From: Myxococcota bacterium
Lineage (GTDB): Bacteria; Myxococcota_A; UBA9160; UBA6930
Assembly (NCBI GenBank): GCA_965223705.1
Contig: OZ245015.1
Coordinates: forward strand, 3,616,001-3,680,000
Direction: 5' to 3'
DNA length: 64,000 nucleotides
Shown in pieces: positions 41,934 through 52,866 of this stretch. Positions within the stretch are counted from its first letter, which is position 1, and the number at the start of each line of letters is the position of its first letter. Position numbers and translations under genes: made by a program. The notes below the pieces were generated by a model. It saw only the letters and a list, made by a program, of their open reading frames with translations, did not search any database and was not told the origin of the DNA.

Positions 41934-42298
41934 TGAACGGACATCAGCGCGGGACGAAGATTTCGATCTGGGCCGCGGCTGCGATTCTTGCGGCCGTGGG
42001 TTGTGGAAACGGTCATGCGCTCGATGGCGGTTCTGACCCTCGTGATTCACAGCTGGCGGAGCGCGTACGGGGCGAACTTCGAGAGCAACAGGTGACGCAG
42101 GATATCGCGGTCCGCGTCGAAAACGGGCGCGTCACACTAAGTGGGCAGGTCCCGAGCATTGAGGATCGAGATCGCGTGGAGCTGTTGATTTCGAAGATCG
42201 CAGGCGTTCGGGAGATCGACAACGATCTCAGCGCGAGTGGTGCCGTCGCGCGTGACGCGACGGCACCACCAGTGAGCACCGACCCTTCTGCAGATTGA
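41933..42298 (+). CDS. BON-domain lipoprotein
   Basis: VGC lipobox; VENGRVTLSG..GVREIDNDL. Confidence 0.85.
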   Translation: MNGHQRGTKISIWAAAAILAAVGCGNGHALDGGSDPRDSQLAERVRGELREQQVTQDIAVRVENGRVTLSGQVPSIEDRDRVELLISKIAGVREIDNDLSASGAVARDATAPPVSTDPSAD

Positions 42299-42308
42299 GA
42301 AGGCGGAG

Positions 42309-42671
42309 CTAGTTCGCTCGTTCGCGGACCGCCTCCGCTGCTTCTTCTGCCTCGTCTTCACCGGGCATTTCGAGATCGATATCGGGGTACGGAACCTCGA
42401 CTGTCTTCCGCTCGACCTCGATATCCGGCGTTTCCACCTCGTACTCGGGCAGTTTCCCCGCGCTGACGTCGACATCAACGTCTGGCATCCGGCCTTCCTG
42501 CGTTTGCTGGATCTCGTACTCGGGAAGTTGTCCCGCGCTGACGTCGACATCGACGTCCGGGAGGGCCCCTTCGCGGGTCTGCTCCACGCGACAAGCCGCG
42601 AGGGACAGGCTTGCAGCCGCGACACCCCCGATGGCGAGTAAGGCCCAGGGGCGCTCCGTGAGACGGTTCAT
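42309..42671 (-). CDS. Hypothetical lipoprotein with duplicated QT.EG..PDVDVDVSAG.LPEYE motif
   Basis: LAAC lipobox, internal repeat. Confidence 0.7.
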   Translation of the reverse strand: MNRLTERPWALLAIGGVAAASLSLAACRVEQTREGALPDVDVDVSAGQLPEYEIQQTQEGRMPDVDVDVSAGKLPEYEVETPDIEVERKTVEVPYPDIDLEMPGEDEAEEAAEAVRERAN

Positions 42672-42868
42672 GACAAACTCCGCGACCACTCATCGACCTC
42701 GCGCTCCGCCTGGTCTCGCGCGACTCCTTTGCGCTCTTGGACTTTTCCAATGAGCTCTTCCCGTTTGCCCGCGATCACGTCGCAGTCGTCGTCGGTGAGC
42801 TCGCCCCACTTCTGTTGGGCCTTGCCCTTCCATTGCTTCCAGTTTCCTTCGATTCGATCCCAATTCAT
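42668..42868 (-). CDS. csbD: CsbD-family stress protein
   Basis: MNWDRIEGNWKQ.KGK....WG.LTDDD. Confidence 0.92.
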   Translation of the reverse strand: MNWDRIEGNWKQWKGKAQQKWGELTDDDCDVIAGKREELIGKVQERKGVARDQAEREVDEWSRSLS

Positions 42869-42884
42869 ATTTTTCCTTTCATCT

Positions 42885-43058
42885 CTAGGCGGGTGGCCGA
42901 CCGCGTATGGCGTTGGCGGCAAACGAAACGACCAGCAGAACGAGGAACACAAAGAAGAGAATCTTCGCAATCCCCGTCGCGGCCCCCGCGATTCCGCCGA
43001 AACCCAGCGCTCCCGCGATCAAAGCCAAAATCAAGAACGTGATTGCCCATCCAAGCAT
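42885..43058 (-). CDS. DUF1328 small membrane protein
   Basis: [47 protein letters not shown] promoter at 43085-43100. Confidence 0.9.
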   Translation of the reverse strand: MLGWAITFLILALIAGALGFGGIAGAATGIAKILFFVFLVLLVVSFAANAIRGRPPA

Positions 43059-43202
43059 GTCGGACACCTCCTGTGAACTCGTTCTGCAACGCCCGTGCCA
43101 GCCCATCGCAGACGTCCCACGAGATCGGATTGCACGCTTGTATGGATTACACGGTCCCTTGTAGATCTAGGGATGCGGATCGAGCAGCACGCTGAGGGAC
43201 TG

Positions 43203-43685
43203 CTAACGCAGCCCGTCTACCACCTCTCTGAGTTCACGGAGCTTGCGCCCCGTGGGCTCTCCTCTTACCCGAACCGCTGTCCGCCCTTCAGGGTCGAAAA
43301 CAAAGACGAAGGCATCTTCGCCCGAGATCGGAATCGAGAGAGATCTTTCGAGCACGGGTTCCGTCAAGAGCCAGGTGTGGTCGTGGCATGAGTCCGGAAT
43401 CGAACCCTTGGCGAGGTCGATCGCGTCCTCCCCCGTCATGACGAACGGGAGGTGGATTGCCAGCACGTCGCGGACGCGTAGTTCTTTCGCGTTGATGTCG
43501 GATCGTAGAGCGGATACCCACATCCGAGAGTGGTCCGTCGCTCCCCGAGTGTTGACCCGTCGGCCGGTCAGTGCGGTAGCTGTGAAACCCGCGAACACCC
43601 TCGCCGCTGATGACTCTCGTGTGGCCGCAACAACGGTTGTGGCCGCGCATATCGTTGCGGCATATGTGCTTTTGCGGAACATCAT
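43203..43685 (-). CDS. Hypothetical protein
   Basis: 160-aa ORF following the multi-BON gene on the same strand. Confidence 0.4.
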   Translation of the reverse strand: MMFRKSTYAATICAATTVVAATRESSAARVFAGFTATALTGRRVNTRGATDHSRMWVSALRSDINAKELRVRDVLAIHLPFVMTGEDAIDLAKGSIPDSCHDHTWLLTEPVLERSLSIPISGEDAFVFVFDPEGRTAVRVRGEPTGRKLRELREVVDGLR

Positions 43686-43702
43686 CTTACAGAGCCACGC
43701 AG

Positions 43703-45190
43703 TTATAAGCTGGGTTCGTCGAGCACCAAGCGATCTTTGACCGAGACGGCGCCACCATCGTAAGCGTTTTCGATCGCCCAGCCTCTCTCGAGGCTCGACA
43801 TGACAGTCCCTCTCAAGGTCGCGACCCCGTCCTCGACGGTCACATCAATGCGATCGCTATCGACGAAAGGCGACCAGAACAATTCGCTCTCGATCGAAAG
43901 CCGGAGATCGCGGTCCGAGCTGCTGGCTTTTGCCGGCTCCTTTTCGCCAATATCGCGCTCGTAGGGATCCCAGTCGTATATCCAAGGGTGGCGAACGCCG
44001 GCCCAGGGTGAGCGGGATTCGATCCAGTTCTGCAGGTCGCTCACGCCCTCGACGCGAGCGGCTACGTCCTCCGCTTGCAAGCGCTCGAAGTGGCTGTCGA
44101 CCTCGCCGTGGAGTCGAACGGAACCGTCGTCGACGACGACGACCCGGACGTCCTGCAGCGAGAGCACGGAGTCGCGTAAGAGCGCATCTTGAACCGCCTT
44201 CTGGAGGTCGGAATCTGCGATTGTCGAACCCTTTCGTACGCGCAGCAGGTTCTTCACGGAGAGCACACCGCGCATGTTCGCGGCGGTTTGGGACGCGGAG
44301 CGGCGCGCCTTCAGGTTGTCGACCACGCCGCGCAGGGTGACATCGCCGTTGTGGCTGTGGACCTGAATGCGGAAGGGCTCGACCCGCGGGTCGAGCCGCA
44401 GTGCGCTCGAAACGGTTTCGGTGATCTCATGATCTTCTGGCTGCGCAAAAGGTTTCGCGTCAGTCTTCGGAGGAAGCACACGAATTTCGATGCCGTCGCT
44501 GTCCACCCTCTTCACGCCGGGGACCCACGTGAGGCCTTCGATGAGATCGCGGTGGTAAACGCTGTAGGTGTTTCCGGAAAGGCGCACCGCTCCGTCTTCC
44601 ACGGTCGCGACGATCGTTGAACGTCCCAGTCGCGCGTCGCGCAACAGCCGTTTCGTGATTCCGTCTCGTATTTCAGCATCGGATCGATCGACGCTCGATA
44701 CCACGATCGAGTTCTCGACCCCGCGTACACCCCGCACCTGGGAAACGACAGTCTCGGCGAGCTGACGCTTCGCGTAAGAATCGACGTTCGCCTTGAGCGT
44801 CACGATACCGTCGGCGACCGTCGGGGCCACGGAAAGCCTTCGAGTCGCCGAGTCCGAGCGAAGTGCGGACTCCACGGCAGCGACGATCTCCGCATCCTCG
44901 GATTCCGCGGCCCGGACCGTCAGATTGTCCACGACGCCTTGAACTCCGCGTGTCGTTCGAGCGATCCGGAGGGCCCGGTTCTCCGCGAGGTAGTTCCCGA
45001 GTTCGCCTTCGAGCAATACGATGCCGCCCTCGCAGGTCACATCGATGGGATCCAACGATACGCCCGCGGCGCGGACGATCGTCGACTCGATCGCCCGGAC
45101 GATGGCGTCGTCGTCGATCGGCGCTTCCACCGCCTCCGCGGGTGTGAGCGCGAGAGCCAGCAGCCCGGCGAGAATGGAGCCTTGTTTCAT
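43703..45190 (-). CDS. Multi-BON-domain protein
   Basis: Signal peptide and about six BON repeats (G.VTL.G...GV..V.N.L). Confidence 0.9.
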   Translation of the reverse strand: MKQGSILAGLLALALTPAEAVEAPIDDDAIVRAIESTIVRAAGVSLDPIDVTCEGGIVLLEGELGNYLAENRALRIARTTRGVQGVVDNLTVRAAESEDAEIVAAVESALRSDSATRRLSVAPTVADGIVTLKANVDSYAKRQLAETVVSQVRGVRGVENSIVVSSVDRSDAEIRDGITKRLLRDARLGRSTIVATVEDGAVRLSGNTYSVYHRDLIEGLTWVPGVKRVDSDGIEIRVLPPKTDAKPFAQPEDHEITETVSSALRLDPRVEPFRIQVHSHNGDVTLRGVVDNLKARRSASQTAANMRGVLSVKNLLRVRKGSTIADSDLQKAVQDALLRDSVLSLQDVRVVVVDDGSVRLHGEVDSHFERLQAEDVAARVEGVSDLQNWIESRSPWAGVRHPWIYDWDPYERDIGEKEPAKASSSDRDLRLSIESELFWSPFVDSDRIDVTVEDGVATLRGTVMSSLERGWAIENAYDGGAVSVKDRLVLDEPSL

Positions 45191-45859
45191 CGTTGCTTCT
45201 CTCCTCACGTGATTCTTGGGCGGCTCCGCCGGCCGCGGTAGACCAGGACTGCCGCGGCAACGAAGGAGCCCCCCGAGAGCCAGTGGGCGAGCTCGGCCGG
45301 AATCCCAAAAGCTCGAGCCAGCGAACTCACTTGCGCGACGGCCCCCAAGACGAAGAATGCGACAGCCCAGCCGATCAACCTGACTCCTTCAAACGTTATC
45401 GCTGCAAGAGGGATGCCCAGGCCGCCGGCGACCTGGCACGACGAATGCAGTTCGAGTGCCCGGGAGGACACAGCGAACCTTCCGGACGTCGCGAGGTAGA
45501 ACGCGTTCTCGAGGAGCTGCGGGAGAAAGAAAATCGCTGACTGGCACCTGCCTTGCACTGAAAAGGTTCCGTCACACAAACCCGAGGAGCACATCGTGGG
45601 CCAGGAAGAAAAACACCAGAAAGAAAAGAATCAGGGCGAGGGCAATCGCGAAGCCGACCGTCGTTATCGCAACGCTGCAAGCGACCACGCCGAGAGCGGA
45701 AAAGTCGAGGAAGCGGCTCGCCGCGCCGCCGAGGAGCTCGAGGATTCCTCACAGGAGCGCGCGTTGGACTGACCTCGGCTTGGCTGAGCGTGGCAAGCTT
45801 TACACGAACCTTTGCAAATGTTGGAGAACGGGAGAGCGTTCGCAGCGGGAGGAGCCAAC

Positions 45860-46084
45860 TTGTCCGAACACGTATACAAAGTCGTTGAACTCACGGGATC
45901 TTCGTCGATCGGAGCCGACGACGCGGTAAAAAATGCCATCGAACGAGCGCGTCGAACGCTCCACAACCTTCGCTGGTTCCAGGTCACCGAAACCCGCGGA
46001 CATATCGAGGACGGCGCGATCTCGCACTGGCAGGTCACCTTGAAGGTCGGCTTTACCCTCGACGAAGACGCGAAGAACCTGTAG
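45860..46084 (+). CDS. Dodecin
   Basis: [35 protein letters not shown] start after GGAGGAG. Confidence 0.92.
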   Translation: MSEHVYKVVELTGSSSIGADDAVKNAIERARRTLHNLRWFQVTETRGHIEDGAISHWQVTLKVGFTLDEDAKNL

Positions 46085-46124
46085 CGCTTCGCCTTGGCAC
46101 GTGGCTTGCTCAGTAACGAGCGCC

Positions 46125-46634
46125 ATGAAGATTCTCTACACAACTGGATTGTTTCCGAACGAGGAATCAGCTGGGGAAGCCGTACGCGCCCTTGTCGAAG
46201 AGGGCTTTGCCCCCGCCGACATCTCCGTGGTCACCGCCGACCAGGCTGGTGCCCATGCCGTTGAGCTCGAGCATAAGACGGGAGCGATTGTCGGTGGCAA
46301 AGCGGGCGGCGCCCTGGGAGCGGCGTTGGGTGCTGCAGGCGCAACCCTGGTCGCTGTGGGCGCCGTGGCCGCTCCCGGTATCGGTCTGCTCGCGTCGGGC
46401 CCGCTCGTCGCGGCGCTCCAAGGGGCAGCTACGGGGGCGGCCGGCGGCGGACTCATTGGTGCGTTGGCGGGTCTCGCGTTTTGGGAAGAGGACGTGACGA
46501 TCCCCGACCGACTCAAAGAGGGCGTCATCCTCGTCGGCGTTCCCGCATCCGAACAACGCAGCGAAGCCGCGGAGCGTCACCTCCGCCAGTGCGGCGCAGA
46601 GCGCGTCTACCGCGGAAAGCCAGCAACGGGTTAG
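46125..46634 (+). CDS. General stress protein with Gly-zipper
   Basis: A.RAL...GF...DISV; PGIG....GPL.AAL; sigma-54 motif 46095-46110. Confidence 0.8.
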   Translation: MKILYTTGLFPNEESAGEAVRALVEEGFAPADISVVTADQAGAHAVELEHKTGAIVGGKAGGALGAALGAAGATLVAVGAVAAPGIGLLASGPLVAALQGAATGAAGGGLIGALAGLAFWEEDVTIPDRLKEGVILVGVPASEQRSEAAERHLRQCGAERVYRGKPATG

Positions 46635-46645
46635 ACGGAGATCCC

Positions 46646-47107
46646 ATGACCGACTTCAAGTCACTGATGATTCCCCACGATTTCTCTCCGCACGCTCGCG
46701 CCGCGCTGGAGATTGGTACGCAACTGGCACAGAAGCTCGACGGCAATATCTCCCTCGTTCACATCATCCAGCCGCCGGCTTATGCGTACGGGTATCCGGC
46801 GCCCGCTGGCACCGGTACGGCAGTCGCGCTTCCGAACCTGTTAGAACTTCAAGAACAAGCGAGAAAGTCTCTCGGAGAGATCGCTGAAGAAATGGCCCCC
46901 CCTGCGAGGGTCGAGGTGGTTGAGGGGAACAACATCTCCGAGGCCCTGTGTCAGGCGGCGGACCGGCTGAAGGCCGACCTCATCATTATGGGGACGCACG
47001 GTCGGACCGGGCTCGCGCACGCTTTCATAGGCAGCGTAGCGGAGCGCACCCTGCGCTCCGCCCCCTGCCCGGTGCTGACGGTGCGCGGCGAGGAGAGCGA
47101 TCGCTAG
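46646..47107 (+). CDS. Universal stress protein
   Basis: PHDFS, DLIIMGTHGRTG, GSVAER.LR.APCPVL. Confidence 0.92.
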   Translation: MTDFKSLMIPHDFSPHARAALEIGTQLAQKLDGNISLVHIIQPPAYAYGYPAPAGTGTAVALPNLLELQEQARKSLGEIAEEMAPPARVEVVEGNNISEALCQAADRLKADLIIMGTHGRTGLAHAFIGSVAERTLRSAPCPVLTVRGEESDR

Positions 47108-47489
47108 GGAGCGCAATCGGAATACGGGTTCTCGCGGCTAGACGTCCACGAGAACATCAGCTCGAAACTGTTTTCGGTACAGATCCAATACCATGTGTTG
47201 CGCTACGAGCGCTGCCTGCTCCTCGTCTCCGAGGACATCGAGCGCCCCTCGAAAGAAGCTCGGGAAATTACGTTGGAGAGTGGTTCGGTAGTCCACGGCG
47301 GTTAGCTCCTTCGCGCCGCTTAACAGCAAGCGTTGTGCCATCGCCGATGCCGCGACTCGATCCTGCAATTCCTCGTATGGCGGTTGCAATCCTTACAGTC
47401 GGTGCCTCGTAGTCGTCCCGATATCGCCGAGAACGACGTGGCATAGATGCTGCACCAGGACGCGCCCTACCGACGAGGAAGGACACACC

Positions 47490-48938
47490 ATGAGTGACGG
47501 AACCAAGTGGACTACAACCGATGCGGGGATTCCCGTCCCCAGTGACGAGCACTCACTGACAGTAGGCCCTGACGGGCCCCTCCTCCTACACGATCACTAC
47601 CTGATCGAGCAGATGGCAAACTTTAACCGCGAACGAATCCCCGAGCGGCAACCGCACGCGAAAGGCAGCGGCGCATTCGGGCATTTCGAGGTGACCGAGG
47701 ATCTGAGCCAATACACGAAAGCGGACGTGTTTCAGCCGGGAACGAGGACTGACGTTGTTCTTCGCTTTTCGACCGTCGCTGGAGAGCGTGGAAGCCCCGA
47801 TACGTGGCGGGATCCTCGCGGTTTCGCCGTCAAGTTCTACACTCGAGAAGGAAACTTCGATCTCGTCGGGAACAACACGCCCGTGTTTTTCCTGCGCGAC
47901 CCGATGAAGTTTCAACACTTCATCCGCTCACAGAAACGCCGCGCAGATAACAACCTGCGCGATCACGACATGCAGTGGGATTTCTGGACGCTCTCTCCCG
48001 AATCAGCCCATCAAGTCACTTGGTTGATGGGCGATCGAGGAATCCCGAAGAGCTGGCGTCACATGAACGGCTACTCGAGCCACACCTACATGTGGGTCAA
48101 CAGCGCCTCCGAAAAGTTCTGGGTGAAGTATCACTTCAAGACCGATCAGGGCATCGAGTTCCTCACCCAGGAGGAAGCCGATCGCCTCGCGGGTGCGGAC
48201 GGCGATTACCACACCCGTGATCTCTTCGAAGCGATCGCGAGCGGCGACCATCCGAGTTGGACCCTGAAGATGCAGATCATGCCCTTTGACGAGGCGGAAA
48301 CCTATCGCTTCAATCCCTTCGACCTCACCAAGGTGTGGCCCCATGAGGACTACCCGCTCCACGAGCTGGGCAAGCTCACGCTCGACAGGAACCCGTCCGA
48401 CCACCACGCCGAGATCGAACAGGCCGCCTTCGAGCCCAACAACCTCGTACCCGGGACGGGTATCAGCCCCGACAAGATGCTCCTGGCCCGTGTCTTTGCC
48501 TACGCCGACGCGCACCGCGCCAGGCTCGGGGTGAACTACAAGCAAATTCCCGTGAATCGACCGATGTGCCCGGTTCACAGTTACAGCAAAGACGGCGCCA
48601 TGCGCTTCCAAACGGTGACCGACCCAGTGTACGCGCCGAACTCGAAGGGTGGTCCGAGCGCCGACAGCGCTCGTTTCCCGGAGAATGCCACCTGGGAAAC
48701 CCAAGGCGAGTTCGTCCGGGCTGCGTACACGCTGCGCGAGGAGGACGACGATTTCGGACAAGCCCGCGCCCTGGTTCGAAACGTGCTAGACGACGCAGCG
48801 CGAGATCGCCTCGTCGCCAATGCGGCGGGTCATTTGTCGGCCGGTGTGACGGAGCCGATTCTGGAGCGCGCTTTCTTGTACTGGCGCAGCGTCGACGATG
48901 AACTCGGCGCTCGGATCGAGAAGGGGGTTCAGGGATAG
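47490..48938 (+). CDS. katA: Monofunctional heme catalase
   Basis: [35 protein letters not shown]. Confidence 0.93.
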   Translation: MSDGTKWTTTDAGIPVPSDEHSLTVGPDGPLLLHDHYLIEQMANFNRERIPERQPHAKGSGAFGHFEVTEDLSQYTKADVFQPGTRTDVVLRFSTVAGERGSPDTWRDPRGFAVKFYTREGNFDLVGNNTPVFFLRDPMKFQHFIRSQKRRADNNLRDHDMQWDFWTLSPESAHQVTWLMGDRGIPKSWRHMNGYSSHTYMWVNSASEKFWVKYHFKTDQGIEFLTQEEADRLAGADGDYHTRDLFEAIASGDHPSWTLKMQIMPFDEAETYRFNPFDLTKVWPHEDYPLHELGKLTLDRNPSDHHAEIEQAAFEPNNLVPGTGISPDKMLLARVFAYADAHRARLGVNYKQIPVNRPMCPVHSYSKDGAMRFQTVTDPVYAPNSKGGPSADSARFPENATWETQGEFVRAAYTLREEDDDFGQARALVRNVLDDAARDRLVANAAGHLSAGVTEPILERAFLYWRSVDDELGARIEKGVQG

Positions 48939-48974
48939 CGTTGGCGAGCGCATAGAACGCAAAGCGCGGTGAGT

Positions 48975-50174
48975 CTAGTCTTCCGGGACTGCTTCTGCGG
49001 CGAAGCGCACGGTTACGGTGGTGCCTTCGCCTTCGACCGAATCGAGCTCGACCTCACCGCCGAGGGCCCTCACACATTCGGAGACAATCGACAGGCCCAA
49101 CCCGCTCCCACGGACCCCGAGTTCGCTGTCGCGCTCCTTGTGAGCGCGGAAAAAGCGTCCGAAGACCGCCTCTTGCTGGTCGGGGGGAATCCCGATCCCG
49201 TTGTCTCGGACCTGCAGCGTCACCATCGCGTCATCCGTCCCGGTCGGGAGGTGCTCCACCGTGATCCACGGCTTCTCTTTCTCGCGGTCGCTGTACTTGA
49301 TTCCGTTCGCGATCAGATTGAGCAGGATCATCTCAATTCTGTGCGGGTCGCTGACAATCCGTGGGAGGCTTTCGTCGACCCGAATCTCGACGGCGCGCGC
49401 GTCGGCCATGTCGGAGAGCTGGTCGACGACATCGAGAGCGATGGCCGAGAGCTCGAGTTCCTGCCGCGTGGGACCGTCGGGATCTTCATCAACAGTTGCC
49501 AAGGCCTCGAGGTTGCGCAGGAGATGGGTGATACGATCGACACTGCGGCGGAGAAGATCCGCGACCTTTCGCGTGCCAGCAGGTGTGACGTCCTCTTCAG
49601 TGAGGAGATCGACCCCGATCTCGAGTGTGTTCAAAGGGTTGCGAATTTCATGGGTGACCATCCGGTTGAAGCTCTCGAGTATTTTTCGCTGTCGCTCGAT
49701 CGTATCCGTGTAGCGCTCGCTGAAAGCGTCGACGGAAGCCTGCATCAGGATCCGGATCCCGTGATTGAGACGTTCCGCGATCCACAAAGCCTCAGTCGGA
49801 GCCGGAGGCCCCTCGGGCGCCTCCTCAAGGCTCTCCTCGAGGAACGCTGACAAGAGTTCCGCGAGAATCGCGTACTCCCGAATGATCTGGTGGACGCTCG
49901 CCCGTTGGCTGAAGCGCAAATCACCCAGCTCTCGGGCTTTTTCTGTGACGGACGACGCGACAGCAACGTCCTGGGTCGACGGTGCAGCCACATCGCGCGC
50001 CAGTCCGCGGAGCACGACGGGAACGTGATCGAGGAGGGTCTCGGTCGGGAAAATCTCTCGGGCTTGTTCGGGAAGCAGATCGAGGAGCCGTTCGAGCCAT
50101 TTGTGGCAGATGGTCTCGGCCTGACTAGCGAGCCGTGCAGCGAACCAGTCTGCGAAAGCGGGTATCTCTTCCAC
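48975..50174 (-). CDS. Cytoplasmic sensor histidine kinase
   Basis: HEIRNPL, NLIANGIKY, DNGIGI, GSGLGL. Confidence 0.92.
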   Translation of the reverse strand: MEEIPAFADWFAARLASQAETICHKWLERLLDLLPEQAREIFPTETLLDHVPVVLRGLARDVAAPSTQDVAVASSVTEKARELGDLRFSQRASVHQIIREYAILAELLSAFLEESLEEAPEGPPAPTEALWIAERLNHGIRILMQASVDAFSERYTDTIERQRKILESFNRMVTHEIRNPLNTLEIGVDLLTEEDVTPAGTRKVADLLRRSVDRITHLLRNLEALATVDEDPDGPTRQELELSAIALDVVDQLSDMADARAVEIRVDESLPRIVSDPHRIEMILLNLIANGIKYSDREKEKPWITVEHLPTGTDDAMVTLQVRDNGIGIPPDQQEAVFGRFFRAHKERDSELGVRGSGLGLSIVSECVRALGGEVELDSVEGEGTTVTVRFAAEAVPED

Positions 50175-50195
50175 TTCGTGTAATTCTTACACGAA
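50175..50195. promoter_or_regulatory. Perfect palindrome, candidate enhancer/autoregulatory site
   Basis: TTCGTGTAA-TTC-TTACACGAA between the divergent kinase and activator genes. Confidence 0.65.
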
Positions 50196-50280
50196 TTTGC
50201 ACGATTCCCTAGCCCGAAGGGCTGGGGCGGAGCGAAGTGCCAGGGAATGCGGCAACCTTCCCGCGAGGAGGTGCGCGGTG

Positions 50281-51654
50281 GTGGCGGAACAACCGCTGGC
50301 GCTAGTGGTCGAGGACGACCCCGAAGCACTTGAGGTCGTATCGATGATCGCGGCAAGGGAAGGTCTGCGCGTCGAGAGCGCCGTGACCCTCGCCGAGGCA
50401 CGCGACCGGCTCGCACGGAGTCCTGTCGACGTTGCACTCCTCGACATCGACCTCCCGGATGGAGAGGGTTTCGAACTGCTCCCAGAACTCTCGGTACGCG
50501 CTGGGACCCAGGTCATCTTTGTCACGGGCAACAGTTCGGTCGATTCCGCGGTTCGTGCGCTCAAGGGCGGCGCCAGCGATTTTCTAGAGAAACCGGTGCG
50601 CGCCAGCGCGTTGCGAGAGGCACTCCGTAGGGTGCTCGGGACCCAAGACGTGCGAGCCGAAATCGAAAACCTACGCCGCGAAGTGGTACACGCCGAACGG
50701 CTCGGGCCGCTGGTCGGCAGCTCTCCTGCCATGCAGCGCGTCTTCGACCTCATCGTGCGCGTCGCTCCGACAGACGCCACCGTTTTGGTGAGCGGTCCGA
50801 CAGGAACCGGCAAAGAGCTGGTTGCCCAAACGGTCCACCAGATGAGTGAGCGCTCGGAAAAGCCTTTCGTACCCGTGAACTGCGGCGCCATCGCACCCAC
50901 GTTGATCGAGGCGGAACTCTTCGGACACGAAAAGGGCGCGTTCACCGGCGCCGACCGCCGTCGGCAGGGGCTCTTCGAGCGCGCTTCGGGGGGGACGCTC
51001 TTCCTCGACGAGATCACCGAGATGCCGCCCGACATGCAAGTCAAGCTGCTGCGCACCTTGGAGACGGGCAAGGTGCAGCGCTTGGGTTCTGAAACCCTGC
51101 AATCAGTCGACACGCGGGTCATCGCCGCAACCAATCGCATCCCGAAGAAAGCCGTTTCCGAGGGAAAACTGCGCGAGGACCTCTACTACCGTTTGCGCGT
51201 CTTTCCCATCGAGCTCCCGGCGCTGATGGACCGTACCGGGGATGTGGAGCTACTCGCCCAGGTCTTCCTCGAGCGCTGCAACGCGGGCGCCAAGGCGGAG
51301 AAGACGATGAGCGAGTCGGCGCTCGCTGCCCTTCGCACGCACGGTTGGCCAGGTAACGTCCGTGAACTCGCCCACGTAATCGCCCGCGCCCACATTCTCG
51401 CCGATCACCAGATCGAACCCGAGCACCTTCTGTTCGAGCCTCTCGAGAAAGAGGAAGAAGAAACGGGTTCGCATCTTCGGGTTCGAGTCGGCTCACGCAT
51501 CGATGAGGCCGAGCGCCGCCTGATTCTCGCGACCCTCGCTGATCTCGAAGGGAACAAACCGCAAGCGGCCGAGCTGCTCGGCATCAGCCTCAAGACCCTC
51601 TACAACCGTCTGAACGCCTACAACGCGGCCGACCGACGCGGCAAGTGCGCCTAG
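50281..51654 (+). CDS. sigma-54-dependent response regulator (NtrC family)
   Basis: Receiver domain, GPTGTGKE, GAFTGA, FLDEI, WPGNVREL, Fis-type HTH. Confidence 0.95.
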   Translation: MAEQPLALVVEDDPEALEVVSMIAAREGLRVESAVTLAEARDRLARSPVDVALLDIDLPDGEGFELLPELSVRAGTQVIFVTGNSSVDSAVRALKGGASDFLEKPVRASALREALRRVLGTQDVRAEIENLRREVVHAERLGPLVGSSPAMQRVFDLIVRVAPTDATVLVSGPTGTGKELVAQTVHQMSERSEKPFVPVNCGAIAPTLIEAELFGHEKGAFTGADRRRQGLFERASGGTLFLDEITEMPPDMQVKLLRTLETGKVQRLGSETLQSVDTRVIAATNRIPKKAVSEGKLREDLYYRLRVFPIELPALMDRTGDVELLAQVFLERCNAGAKAEKTMSESALAALRTHGWPGNVRELAHVIARAHILADHQIEPEHLLFEPLEKEEEETGSHLRVRVGSRIDEAERRLILATLADLEGNKPQAAELLGISLKTLYNRLNAYNAADRRGKCA

Positions 51655-51870
51655 CTGGCACGCATCGTGCTTTCTCCTAGGCCATGCCCGAACGAAAGCG
51701 CGACAACCCCCCGGTCGGTGATCCGAAACCCGAAGAGGAAGCTGACTTTCCCGGCCGGCAACCCGATGACCGTCCGATAAAGGCCCCGCCCGCACGCGAT
51801 GGAGATCCGAAGCGGCTCCCGCCGGACCCCGATCGCAAACGCGAGAGTTAGGTGAGGCGATGGGGTACCC

Positions 51871-52866
51871 ATGAACCCTTTAGAGACTGCAGGCGAGGAA
51901 CCGGCGAGCTCCGAAGTCGGGGAGCCGGCTCCTTTGGAGCCGGAAATTCCGGACACGACCGCCGAAGCCGTCAATGTCGTGGCCGATACGCTGCTCGCGA
52001 CCATCCGAGACGTCGGCCTGGCCTTCGTCGCTCATCTGCCGCTGATCATCGCCGGTATCCTCGTCCTATTCTTCACCTGGGCCGTTGTCGCGGTGTTTCG
52101 CCGTTTCTCCCATCGACTCCTGGCGCGAACGGAGTTGCGCGGCTCACTGCGGGATCTGATCGAACGCCTCGCGATCATTACCCTCTGGACGATGGGGCTG
52201 ATGCTCGCGGCGATGGTCGTGTTCCCCGGCCTAACTCCCACCCGCGCTCTGGGTGCACTCGGACTCGCATCGGTCGCCGTCGGATTCGCCTTCAAGGACA
52301 TCTTTGAGAACTTCTTTGCGGGCATCCTCATTCTGTGGCGCTTCCCCTTCGAGCGCGGTGATTTCATCGAGTGCGAGAACATCGTCGGTCGCGTCGAGGA
52401 CGTCACGATCCGGATGACCCAGCTTCGCCGTCCGAGCGGCGAGCTCTTGGTGCTCCCGAACTCGATTCTGTTCAAGTCCCCCGTCGAGGTCCTCACCAGC
52501 GACGAGACGCGGCGCATCGAAATCATCACGGGCGTTGCCTACGGCGAAGACGTCGCCCACAGCGTCGACGTGATCAAGACGGCAGTGGAAGGCTGTGAAA
52601 CCGTCGACCGTCGTCATGATGTAGAGATCTTCCCCCAGGCGTTTGGCTCATCGAGCATCGACATCGAGGTGGCCTGGTGGTGTGAGTCGACTCCCCTCGG
52701 TGTGCGGCGGTCGCGAGGCGAAGTAGTTACGGCAATCAAGTCGGCCCTGGATTCCGCCGGCATCGAAATTCCCTTCCCTTATCGAACGCTCACCTTCAAG
52801 GAGCCGCTTGCTCTGGAATCCCTGACCGACCAAACGAAACGACAAGAACCGGAGACCACCGAATGA
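51871..52866 (+). CDS. MscS-family mechanosensitive channel
   Basis: AVGFAFKD..ENF.AG, GIEIPFP. Confidence 0.9.
   Translation: MNPLETAGEEPASSEVGEPAPLEPEIPDTTAEAVNVVADTLLATIRDVGLAFVAHLPLIIAGILVLFFTWAVVAVFRRFSHRLLARTELRGSLRDLIERLAIITLWTMGLMLAAMVVFPGLTPTRALGALGLASVAVGFAFKDIFENFFAGILILWRFPFERGDFIECENIVGRVEDVTIRMTQLRRPSGELLVLPNSILFKSPVEVLTSDETRRIEIITGVAYGEDVAHSVDVIKTAVEGCETVDRRHDVEIFPQAFGSSSIDIEVAWWCESTPLGVRRSRGEVVTAIKSALDSAGIEIPFPYRTLTFKEPLALESLTDQTKRQEPETTE

Noticed and set aside
45205..45752. Membrane-protein ORFs between the multi-BON gene and dodecin
   Set aside because: Hydrophobic stretches exist but no convincing start or family signature; possibly decayed genes
48969..49850. Long antisense ORFs such as this one, 4062-5111 and 12567-13901
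   Set aside because: Shadows of well-supported opposite-strand genes, expected in high-GC DNA
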